Shown: positions 47,840 through 56,902 of the stretch, piece by piece | Position numbering within the stretch: the stretch's first letter is position 1 | Layout: each line of letters begins with the position of its first letter | Source of the DNA: Faecalibacterium prausnitzii | GTDB taxonomy: Bacteria > Bacteroidota > Bacteroidia > Bacteroidales > Bacteroidaceae | Length of the DNA: 64,000 nt | NCBI GenBank assembly: GCA_963611255.1 | Contig: CAVDQB010000002.1 | Location: forward strand, 43,375 to 107,374 | Reading direction: 5' to 3' | Made by a program: the position numbers and the translations under genes | The notes under the pieces: generated by a model | Databases searched by the model: none | The model's input: the letters and a program-made list of their open reading frames with translations, nothing else | What the model was told of the DNA's origin: nothing

Positions 47840-48045
47840 GCAGCACCTGCCGTTTCGCACCGCAGAACCACCGTTTCGGCGGCGAACCACGGTCGTGAAC
47901 CGGCCGAATAACGGTCGACAGCAGGTCGGATAACGGTCGTTATCCGACCGGACCACGGTCGTGAACAACCTGCGCCAACACCGCTCTGACCCGGCAACAG
48001 ATGCGCTTCGGCACCACCGGAGCGCATCTGCCGACCGCAACAAGG
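47840..48045 (+). repeat. Intergenic palindromic repeat element, copy B (4 x 22-nt phased cores)
   Basis: Same flanking blocks as copy A. Cores start at 47888, 47910, 47932 and 47954. Perfect 11-bp hairpin at 47924-47949 and 10-bp hairpin at 47998-48030. Confidence 0.8.
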
Positions 48046-48106
48046 GACTGAAGCACGCCACTTTTGTTTTTTTTCCGCAATAGGGTCTTAATCCAATTAT
48101 TTTGTC

Positions 48107-48114
48107 TAAATTTG
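48107..48114 (+). promoter_or_regulatory. -7 box TAAATTTG for the lpxD operon
   Basis: TAnnTTTG match 21 nt upstream of the ATG at 48135. Confidence 0.55.
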
Positions 48115-48134
48115 CAAAATAAATAAGAACAAGA

Positions 48135-49190
48135 ATGGAATTTACAGCGAAAACCATATCTGATTTTCTGGGTGGACGCATAGAAGGAGACGAGAATGCG
48201 ACTGTCAGCACTTTCTCAAAGATAGAAGAGGGCAAGCCGTCATCCATCTCTTTCCTTTCCAACAGGAAATACACTAATTACCTGTACACCACAGAGGCCA
48301 CGATAGTATTGGTCGACGACGACCTCGAACTGGAAAAGCCAGTGCCCGCCAACACCACTCTGATCAGGGTGAAGAACGCTTACGAGAGCGTGGCGAAACT
48401 GCTGCAACTCTATGAGTCCACAAAAATGCAGAAGTCGGGAGTGAGCAGCCTGGCGTCCATCGCCGGCAGTGCGGCCTACGGCAACAACTGTTACGTCGGA
48501 GCATTCGCGTATATCGGCGAGAATGTGACAATAGGCAACAACTGCAAAATCTATCCCCACGCTTACATCGGAGACAACGTCACCATAGGCGATGACTGCA
48601 TCGTCTACCCAAATGTGACCGTTTATCACGAGTGCAAACTCGGCAACCGGGTAACTATACACGCCGGCAGCGTGATTGGAGGCGACGGTTTCGGCTTCGC
48701 ACCTACCGCCGACGGTTATTCCAAAATACCGCAGATTGGCATCGTCACCATTGAAGACGACGTGGAAATCGGCGCCAACACCTGCGTTGACCGCTCCACC
48801 ATGGGTTCCACATATATAAGAAGAGGTGTGAAGATGGACAACCTTGTGCAGGTGGCACACAACTGCGACATAGGCGAAAACACCGTCATGTCGGCACAGG
48901 TGGGCATCGCCGGCAGCACCAAAGTGGGACAATGGTGCATGTTCGGAGGTCAGGTCGGTCTGGCAGGACACCTCACCGTGGGCGACAAAGTGATGCTCGG
49001 AGCGCAGTCGGGCGTGCCCAACAACCTCGAAGGCAACCAGACACTCATCGGCACTCCGCCCATGCCGCAGACCCAGTTCTTCCGTTCGCAGGCTATCTTC
49101 CGCAGATTGCCCGACATGTACAAGCAGATGTCCGCAATGCAGAAGAAGATTTCCGAACTCGAAGAGAAACTCAACAACGAATCAAAATAA
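48135..49190 (+). CDS. lpxD: UDP-3-O-acylglucosamine N-acyltransferase
   Basis: Left-handed beta-helix hexapeptide repeats, LpxD N-terminal domain, and lpx operon context. Confidence 0.95.
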   Translation: MEFTAKTISDFLGGRIEGDENATVSTFSKIEEGKPSSISFLSNRKYTNYLYTTEATIVLVDDDLELEKPVPANTTLIRVKNAYESVAKLLQLYESTKMQKSGVSSLASIAGSAAYGNNCYVGAFAYIGENVTIGNNCKIYPHAYIGDNVTIGDDCIVYPNVTVYHECKLGNRVTIHAGSVIGGDGFGFAPTADGYSKIPQIGIVTIEDDVEIGANTCVDRSTMGSTYIRRGVKMDNLVQVAHNCDIGENTVMSAQVGIAGSTKVGQWCMFGGQVGLAGHLTVGDKVMLGAQSGVPNNLEGNQTLIGTPPMPQTQFFRSQAIFRRLPDMYKQMSAMQKKISELEEKLNNESK

Positions 49191-49199
49191 CACCCTTAT

Positions 49200-50591
49200 A
49201 TGGACTTTTCCAAGCAAACAACTCTCGCAGGAAGCTTTTCCCTGTGCGGAAAAGGACTTCACACGGGACTGTATCTGACAGTCACTTTCAATCCCGCCCC
49301 AGAGAACTACGGATACAAATTCCAGCGTATAGACGTGGAAGGCGAGCCTGTCATTGACGCCATAGCGGAACGTGTGGCGGAGACGACACGCGGAACCGTA
49401 CTGGCAAAAGACGACGTAAAGGTATCCACCGTCGAGCACGCCCTTTCAGCGCTCTACGCTCTCGGCATCGACAACTGTCTTATCCAGGTCAACGGTCCGG
49501 AACTTCCGATTCTCGACGGCTCCGCCATCCTGTATGTAGAGAAAATCAAACAGGTCGGCATCCAGGAGCAGAACGTGCCCAAGGACTATTATGTCATCCG
49601 CAAGAAGATAGAGTACAAAGACGAGAAAACAGGCAGTTGCATCACCATACTCCCCGACGAGCAGTTCAGCGTCACGGCGATGTGCTCTTTCGAGTCCAAG
49701 TTTATCAGTTCCCAGTTCGCCACTCTCGACGACATCAGGAACTATTCCAAGGAGATAGCATCAGCGCGCACGTTTGTCTTTGTACGCGACATCATCCCCC
49801 TACTCGAGCAAAACCTCATCAAGGGAGGCGACCTTGACAACGCCATAGTAATCTATGAGCGCAAGGTAGACCAGGAAAGTCTCGACCGCCTGGCAGACCT
49901 GATCAAGGCTCCGCATATCGATGCGGAAAAGATAGGATATATACAGAACCGTCCGCTGACATGGGACAACGAGTGCACAAGGCACAAACTGCTTGATGTC
50001 ATCGGCGACATGGCCCTTATAGGCAAGCCCATCAAGGGACGAATAATAGCCACCCGGCCGGGACACACCGTAAACAACAAGTTCGCAAGGCTCGTCCGCA
50101 AGGAGATAAAGAAGCATGAAGTGCAGGCTCCGATCTACGATCCCAACGAAGAGCCGGTAATGAACATCAAGCGCATACATGAGCTGCTGCCCCACCGTTA
50201 TCCCATGTCACTGGTGGACAAGGTGACAACCATCGGCGCCGACTACATTGTCGGCCTCAAGAACCTGACCTTTAACGAGGACTTCTTCCAGGGACATTTC
50301 CCCGGCGAACCTGTCATGCCGGGAGTCCTGCAGATAGAAGCGATGGCACAATGCGGCGGTTTGCTGGTACTCAACACAATGGAAGAGCCGCAGCGGTGCT
50401 CCACTTATTTCCTTGCGATAACTGACGTCAAGTTCCGCCAAAAGGTTGTTCCCGGCGACACGCTCATGTTCAGAGTGGAACTCGCAAGTGCCATCCGACA
50501 CGGCATAGCCACCATGAAAGGCTACTGCTTTGTGGGCGACCGTGTGGTGTCAGAGGCGACATTCACCGCACAAATCACTGTCAACAAATAA
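49200..50591 (+). CDS. lpxC/fabZ: Bifunctional UDP-3-O-acyl-GlcNAc deacetylase / 3-hydroxyacyl-ACP dehydratase
   Basis: LpxC N-terminal half (TVEHALSAL, HKLLD) fused to FabZ hot-dog (LPHRYPMSLVD, FFQGHFPGEPVMPGVL). Confidence 0.95.
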   Translation: MDFSKQTTLAGSFSLCGKGLHTGLYLTVTFNPAPENYGYKFQRIDVEGEPVIDAIAERVAETTRGTVLAKDDVKVSTVEHALSALYALGIDNCLIQVNGPELPILDGSAILYVEKIKQVGIQEQNVPKDYYVIRKKIEYKDEKTGSCITILPDEQFSVTAMCSFESKFISSQFATLDDIRNYSKEIASARTFVFVRDIIPLLEQNLIKGGDLDNAIVIYERKVDQESLDRLADLIKAPHIDAEKIGYIQNRPLTWDNECTRHKLLDVIGDMALIGKPIKGRIIATRPGHTVNNKFARLVRKEIKKHEVQAPIYDPNEEPVMNIKRIHELLPHRYPMSLVDKVTTIGADYIVGLKNLTFNEDFFQGHFPGEPVMPGVLQIEAMAQCGGLLVLNTMEEPQRCSTYFLAITDVKFRQKVVPGDTLMFRVELASAIRHGIATMKGYCFVGDRVVSEATFTAQITVNK

Positions 50592-50618
50592 CCGTACCGA
50601 CCAAAAGATTCACTCCAC

Positions 50619-51389
50619 ATGAATAACATCAGTCCTTTAGCCTATATACATCCCAACGCCAAGATAGGCGACGGCAATGTCATCGGACCGTTCTGCGTCA
50701 TCGATGCCGACGTAGAGATTGGCGACAACAACAATCTCGTGAGCCATGTAATACTGCATGAGGGTTGCAGAATGGGCTCAAACAACGAAGTATATCCCGG
50801 CGCAAGCCTTTCCACTAAGCCGCAGGATCTGAAATACCACGGTGAAAAGACATTCTGCATCATCGGCGACAACAACTCCATACGCGAGAACGTGACCCTC
50901 TCAAGGGGTACTGCTTCCAAGGAAAAGACCGTCATCGGAAACGGCAACCTGCTGATGGAGGATGTCCATATAGCCCATGACTGTGTGGTAGGCAACGGCT
51001 GCATCATCGGCAACAGCACCAAGATTGCGGGCGAAATCACCATTGACGACTTCGCCATCCTCTCCGCCTGCGTACTCGCACACCAGTTCATCCACATCGG
51101 TTCGTATGTAATGATACAGGGCGGCGCGAAACTTCCGATGGACGTTCCGCCGTTTATCATTGTCGGGAAAGACCCTACACGCTACTGCGGACTTAACCTC
51201 GTCGGACTGAGAAGGCACAATTTCTCCAACGAACGCATTGACCGCATCCATGAGGCATACCGTTTCCTGTATTCAAAAGGTCTGCGCTCGGAAGCCATAG
51301 AGCAGATACGGAAGATGGGCGAAGACAAGGATCTCGACTACATAGTCAAGTTCGTGGAAGACTCGCAGAGGGGAATTATCAGGGGATAA
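50619..51389 (+). CDS. lpxA: Acyl-ACP--UDP-GlcNAc O-acyltransferase
   Basis: Hexapeptide repeats plus the LpxA C-terminal helical domain. Confidence 0.95.
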   Translation: MNNISPLAYIHPNAKIGDGNVIGPFCVIDADVEIGDNNNLVSHVILHEGCRMGSNNEVYPGASLSTKPQDLKYHGEKTFCIIGDNNSIRENVTLSRGTASKEKTVIGNGNLLMEDVHIAHDCVVGNGCIIGNSTKIAGEITIDDFAILSACVLAHQFIHIGSYVMIQGGAKLPMDVPPFIIVGKDPTRYCGLNLVGLRRHNFSNERIDRIHEAYRFLYSKGLRSEAIEQIRKMGEDKDLDYIVKFVEDSQRGIIRG

Positions 51390-51435
51390 CACCGCTTTTC
51401 CGTTAACCGTCCTTTGCACACAAGCACCGTAGAGC

Positions 51436-52311
51436 ATGAAAACGTTGGTTGTCATATTGGGACCGACGGGCGTCGGCAAGACCGACAAGACCATCGAAGT
51501 GGCGGAGCAGTTGGGTGTGCCGGTGATTAACGCCGACTCGCGGCAGATTTTCAAGGAGATACCAATAGGCTCTGCAGCCCCCACAAAGACACAACTCGAA
51601 AGGGTAAGGCACTACTTTGTTGGCAGCCATTCCATCCATGACTATTACTCAGCAGCCCAATACGAAGCCGATGTCATGGCTTTGCTCGAGGAACAGTTCC
51701 GCAACAGCGACTTCGCACTGCTCAGTGGAGGTTCCATGATGTATATTGATGCCGTATGCAAGGGGTTGGATGACATTCCCACAGTCGACGACGCAACGCG
51801 GGAACTCTACAAACGCAGGTTTGCCGAAGAAGGTCTCGACCCGCTGCTCGACGAGTTGAAAACGCTCGATCCGGAACATTATGCCATCGTAGACCACAAC
51901 AATCCGCGCCGCATAATACACGCTTTGGAAATCTGCCACATGACGGGCAAGACCTTTACGAGTTTCAGAAAAGGCACGAAAAAGGTGCGTCCCTTTAATA
52001 TAATAAAGGTGGGGCTCGACCGTCCGCGCAGTGAGATGTACGAGAGAATAAATCTCCGTGTCAGGCAAATGGTCGATGACGGACTGGAAGAAGAGGCAAG
52101 AAGCGTCTACCGATACCGTCATCTCAACTCTCTGAACACAGTCGGTTTCAAGGAGATGTTCCAGTATTTTGACGGAGAAACCGACTTTGAGGAAGCCGTA
52201 CGGCGCATTCAGTCCAACACGCGCCGCTATATGCGCAAGCAAGTGACATGGTTCAGGCATGACCCGGACATCGTCTGGCATCATCCTGACGACAATATTA
52301 AAATAACATAA
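51436..52311 (+). CDS. miaA: tRNA dimethylallyltransferase
   Basis: P-loop GPTGVGKT and DSRQIF motif. Confidence 0.95.
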   Translation: MKTLVVILGPTGVGKTDKTIEVAEQLGVPVINADSRQIFKEIPIGSAAPTKTQLERVRHYFVGSHSIHDYYSAAQYEADVMALLEEQFRNSDFALLSGGSMMYIDAVCKGLDDIPTVDDATRELYKRRFAEEGLDPLLDELKTLDPEHYAIVDHNNPRRIIHALEICHMTGKTFTSFRKGTKKVRPFNIIKVGLDRPRSEMYERINLRVRQMVDDGLEEEARSVYRYRHLNSLNTVGFKEMFQYFDGETDFEEAVRRIQSNTRRYMRKQVTWFRHDPDIVWHHPDDNIKIT

Positions 52312-52315
52312 GCAA

Positions 52316-54784
52316 ATGGAAAAGACTAACAAAGCCATGCGTTTCCTCGCCGGATGCTGGCGAAAGGTCATTCAGTTCATGCGTTGGTACAGGAATCTGT
52401 ACGTCGGAGCACCACGTTGGAAAAAGTCTCTCGTGGCTATATGCACGCTTATCGTGTGCTTTTTCCTTTACTTGGGGGCTGTCGACATCAATCTCTTCTG
52501 GCTCTTCGGCAAGTCTCCGGGCTTCAGCAGGATAAAAGATCCCATCACCTCACAGGCGAGCGAAATCTACAGTTCCGACAGTGTCATGATAGGAAAGTTC
52601 TTCAATGAGAACCGCACGCCTGTCGGTTACGACGAGGTGAACCCTGTCTTCTGGAAGTGTCTGATTGACACCGAGGACGAGAGATTCTACAGTCACCACG
52701 GCATAGACGTAATGGGGCTCTTCGCAGCAGCCAAAGATGCCGTGACAGGAAGGGGCGGACGAGGCGCCTCTACCATAACACAGCAGTTGGCGAAGAACAT
52801 GTTCCGTGTGAGGACACACTACAGCACGGGTGTTCTGGGCAAGATTCCGGGCATCAGCATCCTCATCATGAAGACCAAGGAATGGATTATCGCCTCCAAG
52901 TTGGAGATGATATACGACAAGCAGGACATCCTCGAGATGTATGCCAATACTGTCGACTTCGGCAGCAATGCCTACGGAATCAAGACCGCTTGCCGCACTT
53001 ATTTCAAGACCACACCGCGCAACCTGACCACCGATCAGGCCGCTATACTCGTGGGAATGCTCAAGGCTACCACGTTCTACAATCCCAAGACACATCCTGA
53101 AAACAGCAAAAAGCGCCGCAATCAGGTGTTGGAAAACATGCTGACACACGGCGACCTTAGCCGTGAAGCGTGCGACTCACTGAAACAGAAGGAAATTGCG
53201 CTGACCTACACAGTGGAGGACAACTACGACGGACAGGCACAGTATTTCCGTGAAGCGGTGGCCGATGAACTGAAGAACTGGTGCGAAGACAACGGCTACG
53301 ACCTCTATTCCAGCGGTCTGAAGATATACACCACCATCGACTCAAAGATGCAGCAGTATGCCGAAGAGGCTGCTGCCAAGCAGATGAAGCAGATACAACG
53401 CAACTTCAAAAACCACTGGGGCAACAACGACCCGTGGGTTGACGAGCACGGAAAGGTCATCCCCGGCTTTATTGAAGGCATCGTCAAGCGCCAGCCTGTC
53501 TACAAGTATCTCACATCAAAATATCCCAATGACCCTGACTCCGTCACCTACTGGCTCAACCAGCCGCACCCGGTAAAAGTGTTCACATGGGACAACGACT
53601 CGCTGGAAACCACAAAATACCTGTCCGTAGTCGACTCAGTGAAGTATATGGTAAAGTTCATGCACTGTTCGTTTGTGGCGATGGAACCGCAGACAGGCTA
53701 TGTAAAGGCATACGTCGGCGACATCAATTTCAAGTCGTGGAAATATGACAAGGCGAGAGCAATGCGCCAACCAGGCTCCACATTCAAGTTGTTTGTCTAC
53801 ACGGAAGCCATGAACCAGGGTCTCACTCCCTGCGACAAACGCCGCGACGAGTTCTTCACAATGAAGGTGTGGGACAGCAAACAGAAGAAGGAAGTCAACT
53901 GGTCGCCGTCAAATGCGGACGGTTATTTCACCGGCGACTCCATTCCTTTGAAGAGTGCATTCGCCCGAAGCATCAACTCTGTCGCCGTACGTCTGGGACA
54001 GGAAGTTGGCATCAGCCGTATTGCGCACACGGCAAACAACATGGGCATCAAGAGCCCTCTCGACGAGACACCGTCGCTTGCGCTCGGCAGTTCCGACGTA
54101 AACCTGCTGGAGATGGTCAATGCCTACTGCACCGTGGCAGACAACGGACGGCATCACTCGCCTGTTCTCGTGACGCGCGTCGTCGACAACAAGGGGCGTG
54201 AAGTGTATGTCTCGCCGTCCACGGCAGAACAGGTCATCCCCTACAAGAGCGCATTCCTCATGCAGCAGATGCTCATGGGAGGCATGAGAGAGCCGGGAGG
54301 CACGTCGATGAGCCTGTGGGGCTATGTGGGCAAAGCGTCCGACACGGATTTCGGAGGCAAGACAGGCACATCCAACAACCACTCCGATGCATGGTTCATG
54401 GGTGTCAGCCCGAATCTGGTATGCGGTGCTTGGGTAGGCGGAGAATACCGCTGCATACACTTCCGCACAGGTGCGTTAGGACAGGGAAGCCGCACTGCAC
54501 TGCCTATCTGCGGCTACTTCCTGCAGTCCGTAATGGGCGATGAGAGATACCGCAAGTACCACGGACACTTCCAAAGTCCTACCGATGACAACATCAAGGC
54601 ATCCATGTACAACTGCGCAAGTTATTATACGCACGAGAAAGACAGCCTTGACAGCGACTCGCTGACATTCAATTATGAAGACGTGCCATTGGGTGAGGAC
54701 GAACTGAAAACGCCCAAAGAGCCGGGCGAAAGCGGCGAGCAGCACAAGCCGACAGAGGAAGCGGTCATACTGGACGAGTTGTAA
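52316..54784 (+). CDS. mrcA: Penicillin-binding protein 1A (bifunctional transglycosylase/transpeptidase)
   Basis: GT51 motifs EDERFYSHHGID and RKxxE region. Transpeptidase motifs STFK, SINS and KTGTS. Confidence 0.9.
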   Translation: MEKTNKAMRFLAGCWRKVIQFMRWYRNLYVGAPRWKKSLVAICTLIVCFFLYLGAVDINLFWLFGKSPGFSRIKDPITSQASEIYSSDSVMIGKFFNENRTPVGYDEVNPVFWKCLIDTEDERFYSHHGIDVMGLFAAAKDAVTGRGGRGASTITQQLAKNMFRVRTHYSTGVLGKIPGISILIMKTKEWIIASKLEMIYDKQDILEMYANTVDFGSNAYGIKTACRTYFKTTPRNLTTDQAAILVGMLKATTFYNPKTHPENSKKRRNQVLENMLTHGDLSREACDSLKQKEIALTYTVEDNYDGQAQYFREAVADELKNWCEDNGYDLYSSGLKIYTTIDSKMQQYAEEAAAKQMKQIQRNFKNHWGNNDPWVDEHGKVIPGFIEGIVKRQPVYKYLTSKYPNDPDSVTYWLNQPHPVKVFTWDNDSLETTKYLSVVDSVKYMVKFMHCSFVAMEPQTGYVKAYVGDINFKSWKYDKARAMRQPGSTFKLFVYTEAMNQGLTPCDKRRDEFFTMKVWDSKQKKEVNWSPSNADGYFTGDSIPLKSAFARSINSVAVRLGQEVGISRIAHTANNMGIKSPLDETPSLALGSSDVNLLEMVNAYCTVADNGRHHSPVLVTRVVDNKGREVYVSPSTAEQVIPYKSAFLMQQMLMGGMREPGGTSMSLWGYVGKASDTDFGGKTGTSNNHSDAWFMGVSPNLVCGAWVGGEYRCIHFRTGALGQGSRTALPICGYFLQSVMGDERYRKYHGHFQSPTDDNIKASMYNCASYYTHEKDSLDSDSLTFNYEDVPLGEDELKTPKEPGESGEQHKPTEEAVILDEL

Positions 54785-54796
54785 CAGATTGCCGGA

Positions 54797-56545
54797 TTGG
54801 ACAACAAGCAGGACAAGAAAACGAGTGTCGTTGACAAGGACAACCCGGAGTTGCAGAACGCACTGCAGGTTATCCAATACACCCGACGGTCTCTGTTCCT
54901 CACGGGAAAGGCCGGCACGGGCAAGTCAACGTTTCTCCGATACATCGCAAACAACACGAAGAAGAAGTGCGTGGTGCTCGCTCCAACCGGCATAGCCGCC
55001 ATCAACGCCGGAGGATGCACCCTGCACAGTTTCTTCAAACTGCCGTTTCATCCGCTGCTTCCCACTGATTCGCAGTTCAGCATCAAGAATCTGCGCAACA
55101 CACTCAAGTATAACTCCGAGAAGAGGAAGATTATCCTGGAACTCGAACTGATTATCATCGATGAGATAAGCATGGTTCGGGCTGACATCATCGACTTCAT
55201 TGACAAGGTGCTCAGGGTCTACTGCCGCAATATGCGCGAGCCGTTCGGAGGCAAGCAACTGCTGCTTGTCGGCGACGCTTACCAACTTGAGCCGGTCATA
55301 AAGGAGGACGAGAGGAAGATTCTGCAACCCTTTTACCCCAGCCTTTTCTTCTTCAACGCCCATGTGTTCCGTGAAATGGGACTTGTCAGCATCGAGTTGA
55401 AGAAGGTCTACCGGCAGAACGACCCACAGTTCATCGGCATTCTCGACAACATAAGGACATCCAACGTCAGCGAGAGCGACCTCCGTATGGTCAACGAGCG
55501 CGTGGGAACTGACGTGGCGCAGGAAGGCCTTGCCATCACTCTGTCAACCCGGCGCGATACAGTTGACCACATAAATGAAGAGAAACTCAAGGCCTTGCCT
55601 GATGCCCCGGTGGTCTACAGGGGTGTCGTGAGCGGTGAGTTTCCCGAGAACAGCCTCCCCACTCCACTCGAACTTGAACTGAAAATGGGCGCCCAGATTA
55701 TGTTCATCAAGAACGACAAGAGCCACCGCTGGGTCAACGGAACGCTGGGCGTGGTCGTCGGTTTCTCGGATGACGAGACGCAGACCATATATGTACACAC
55801 CGACAACGAACAGGACGTGGAAGTGGAACGGGAGGTGTGGAGCAACGTGAAATATACCTTCAACGAGACGGAGAAGAAAATCGAAGAACAGGAAATAGGC
55901 ACTTACACCCAATATCCGCTGCGCCTGGCGTGGGCGATAACTATCCACAAAAGTCAGGGATTGACGTTCAAGAACGTCAACATCGACTTCACAGGCGGCG
56001 TGTTTGCTGCCGGACAGACCTATGTGGCACTCTCGCGCTGTACCTCGCTCGAGGGCATCAGCCTCCAGAAACCTGTCCGCAGAAGCGACGTGTTCGTGCG
56101 TCCTGAGGTGTCAAACTTCGCCCGGAGTTACAATGACGAAACCCGGATAAACACCGTATTGAAGCAGAGCAAGGCGGACAAACTCTACCACGACGCTTCG
56201 GAAGCATTCGCCCAAGGCGATATGCAGGAGGCTCTCGATGCCTTTTTTCTTGCCATACACTCACGCTACGACATCGAACAACCTGCCGCAAAACGTCTTC
56301 TGCGCCGCAAACTCAACACCGTAAACCTGCTCAAAGAGGAGAACAGGCGCCTTTCACAACAACTGAAGGCGAGGGAGAAGATGATTCACACCCTTGCCGT
56401 GGAATACAACATGATGGGGCGTGAGTGTGAAGAAGAGGGCATGACTGATGCCGCAATACGCAATTACGAGAAGTCTCTGGCTCTCTGCCCCGACTATCCC
56501 GAACCGGCAAGGCGGTTGAAAAAACTCCAAAAAACGAAGCGTTAA
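54797..56545 (+). CDS. Pif1/RecD-like SF1B DNA helicase with C-terminal helical (TPR-like) tail
   Basis: Walker A GKAGTGKST, Walker B IIIDEISMV, motif VGDAYQLEPV, TIHKSQG. The only in-frame start is the TTG at 54797, so the start is uncertain. Confidence 0.8.
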   Translation: MDNKQDKKTSVVDKDNPELQNALQVIQYTRRSLFLTGKAGTGKSTFLRYIANNTKKKCVVLAPTGIAAINAGGCTLHSFFKLPFHPLLPTDSQFSIKNLRNTLKYNSEKRKIILELELIIIDEISMVRADIIDFIDKVLRVYCRNMREPFGGKQLLLVGDAYQLEPVIKEDERKILQPFYPSLFFFNAHVFREMGLVSIELKKVYRQNDPQFIGILDNIRTSNVSESDLRMVNERVGTDVAQEGLAITLSTRRDTVDHINEEKLKALPDAPVVYRGVVSGEFPENSLPTPLELELKMGAQIMFIKNDKSHRWVNGTLGVVVGFSDDETQTIYVHTDNEQDVEVEREVWSNVKYTFNETEKKIEEQEIGTYTQYPLRLAWAITIHKSQGLTFKNVNIDFTGGVFAAGQTYVALSRCTSLEGISLQKPVRRSDVFVRPEVSNFARSYNDETRINTVLKQSKADKLYHDASEAFAQGDMQEALDAFFLAIHSRYDIEQPAAKRLLRRKLNTVNLLKEENRRLSQQLKAREKMIHTLAVEYNMMGRECEEEGMTDAAIRNYEKSLALCPDYPEPARRLKKLQKTKR

Positions 56546-56608
56546 AACCGCATTCCCATTGATACACGTCAACAAGAATACGGAATTTCGGCAAAAAAGG
56601 CAAAATTG

Positions 56609-56640
56609 TTTGCGCACACAACAGGATGTCACTACCTTTG
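56609..56640 (+). promoter_or_regulatory. -33 TTTG / -7 TACCTTTG promoter with no downstream CDS
   Basis: TTTG at 56609-56612, a 20-nt spacer, then TACCTTTG at 56633-56640. Confidence 0.6.
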
Positions 56641-56645
56641 CATCG

Positions 56646-56895
56646 GCTTTAGGGAAGAAAGGACTTCAAGGAGTTGGAGATTCGGAAACACTTCGCCTAT
56701 CGAGCCAAAAAGGAAAGGTTAATAGATTGTTTAGGTTAGTAGTAATAGATTTAGGTTTTTAGTTATTAGTTTAAGGTAATTAGACAGATTGTTTAACGGA
56801 GACAATGGAGACCGCGAGGTTACCATTTGTTCGAAAAGGATTTTTAGGTTAAACATAGGTAAACGCCGGTGCTCGTGACGAGTATCGGCGCTTAT
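56646..56895 (+). ncRNA. Candidate orphan small RNA (unclassified)
   Basis: Canonical -33 TTTG / -7 TACCTTTG promoter with a 20-nt spacer, no plausible ORF, a C-depleted repeat core, and a hairpin plus T-tract terminator. No downstream gene on the same strand. Confidence 0.4.
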
Positions 56896-56902
56896 CTTTT
56901 TA
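56864..56902. terminator. Bidirectional terminator (candidate sRNA on +, tilS on -)
   Basis: CGCCGGTGCTCG / CGAGTATCGGCG stem (G:U pairs on +), followed by CTTATCTTTTT on + and TTTACC on -. Confidence 0.6.

Noticed and set aside
47924-47949. TTATCCGAC motifs in the repeat hairpin as DnaA boxes / oriC.
   Set aside because: They match only 7 of 9 positions of TTATCCACA. The region is GC-rich with no AT-rich unwinding element, there is no dnaA nearby, and the same motif context occurs twice in the window.
56559-56762. 67-aa ORF spanning the orphan promoter.
   Set aside because: It starts upstream of the predicted TSS, runs through the promoter and the low-complexity repeat core, and has no protein-like features.
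56646-56895. Assigning the orphan transcript to 6S RNA, tmRNA or RNase P RNA.
   Set aside because: By eye I could not find the 5'/3' closing stem and central bubble of 6S. There is no tag-peptide frame or tRNA-like end for tmRNA. It is too short and lacks the conserved helices of RNase P RNA. It is left unclassified pending a covariance-model search.
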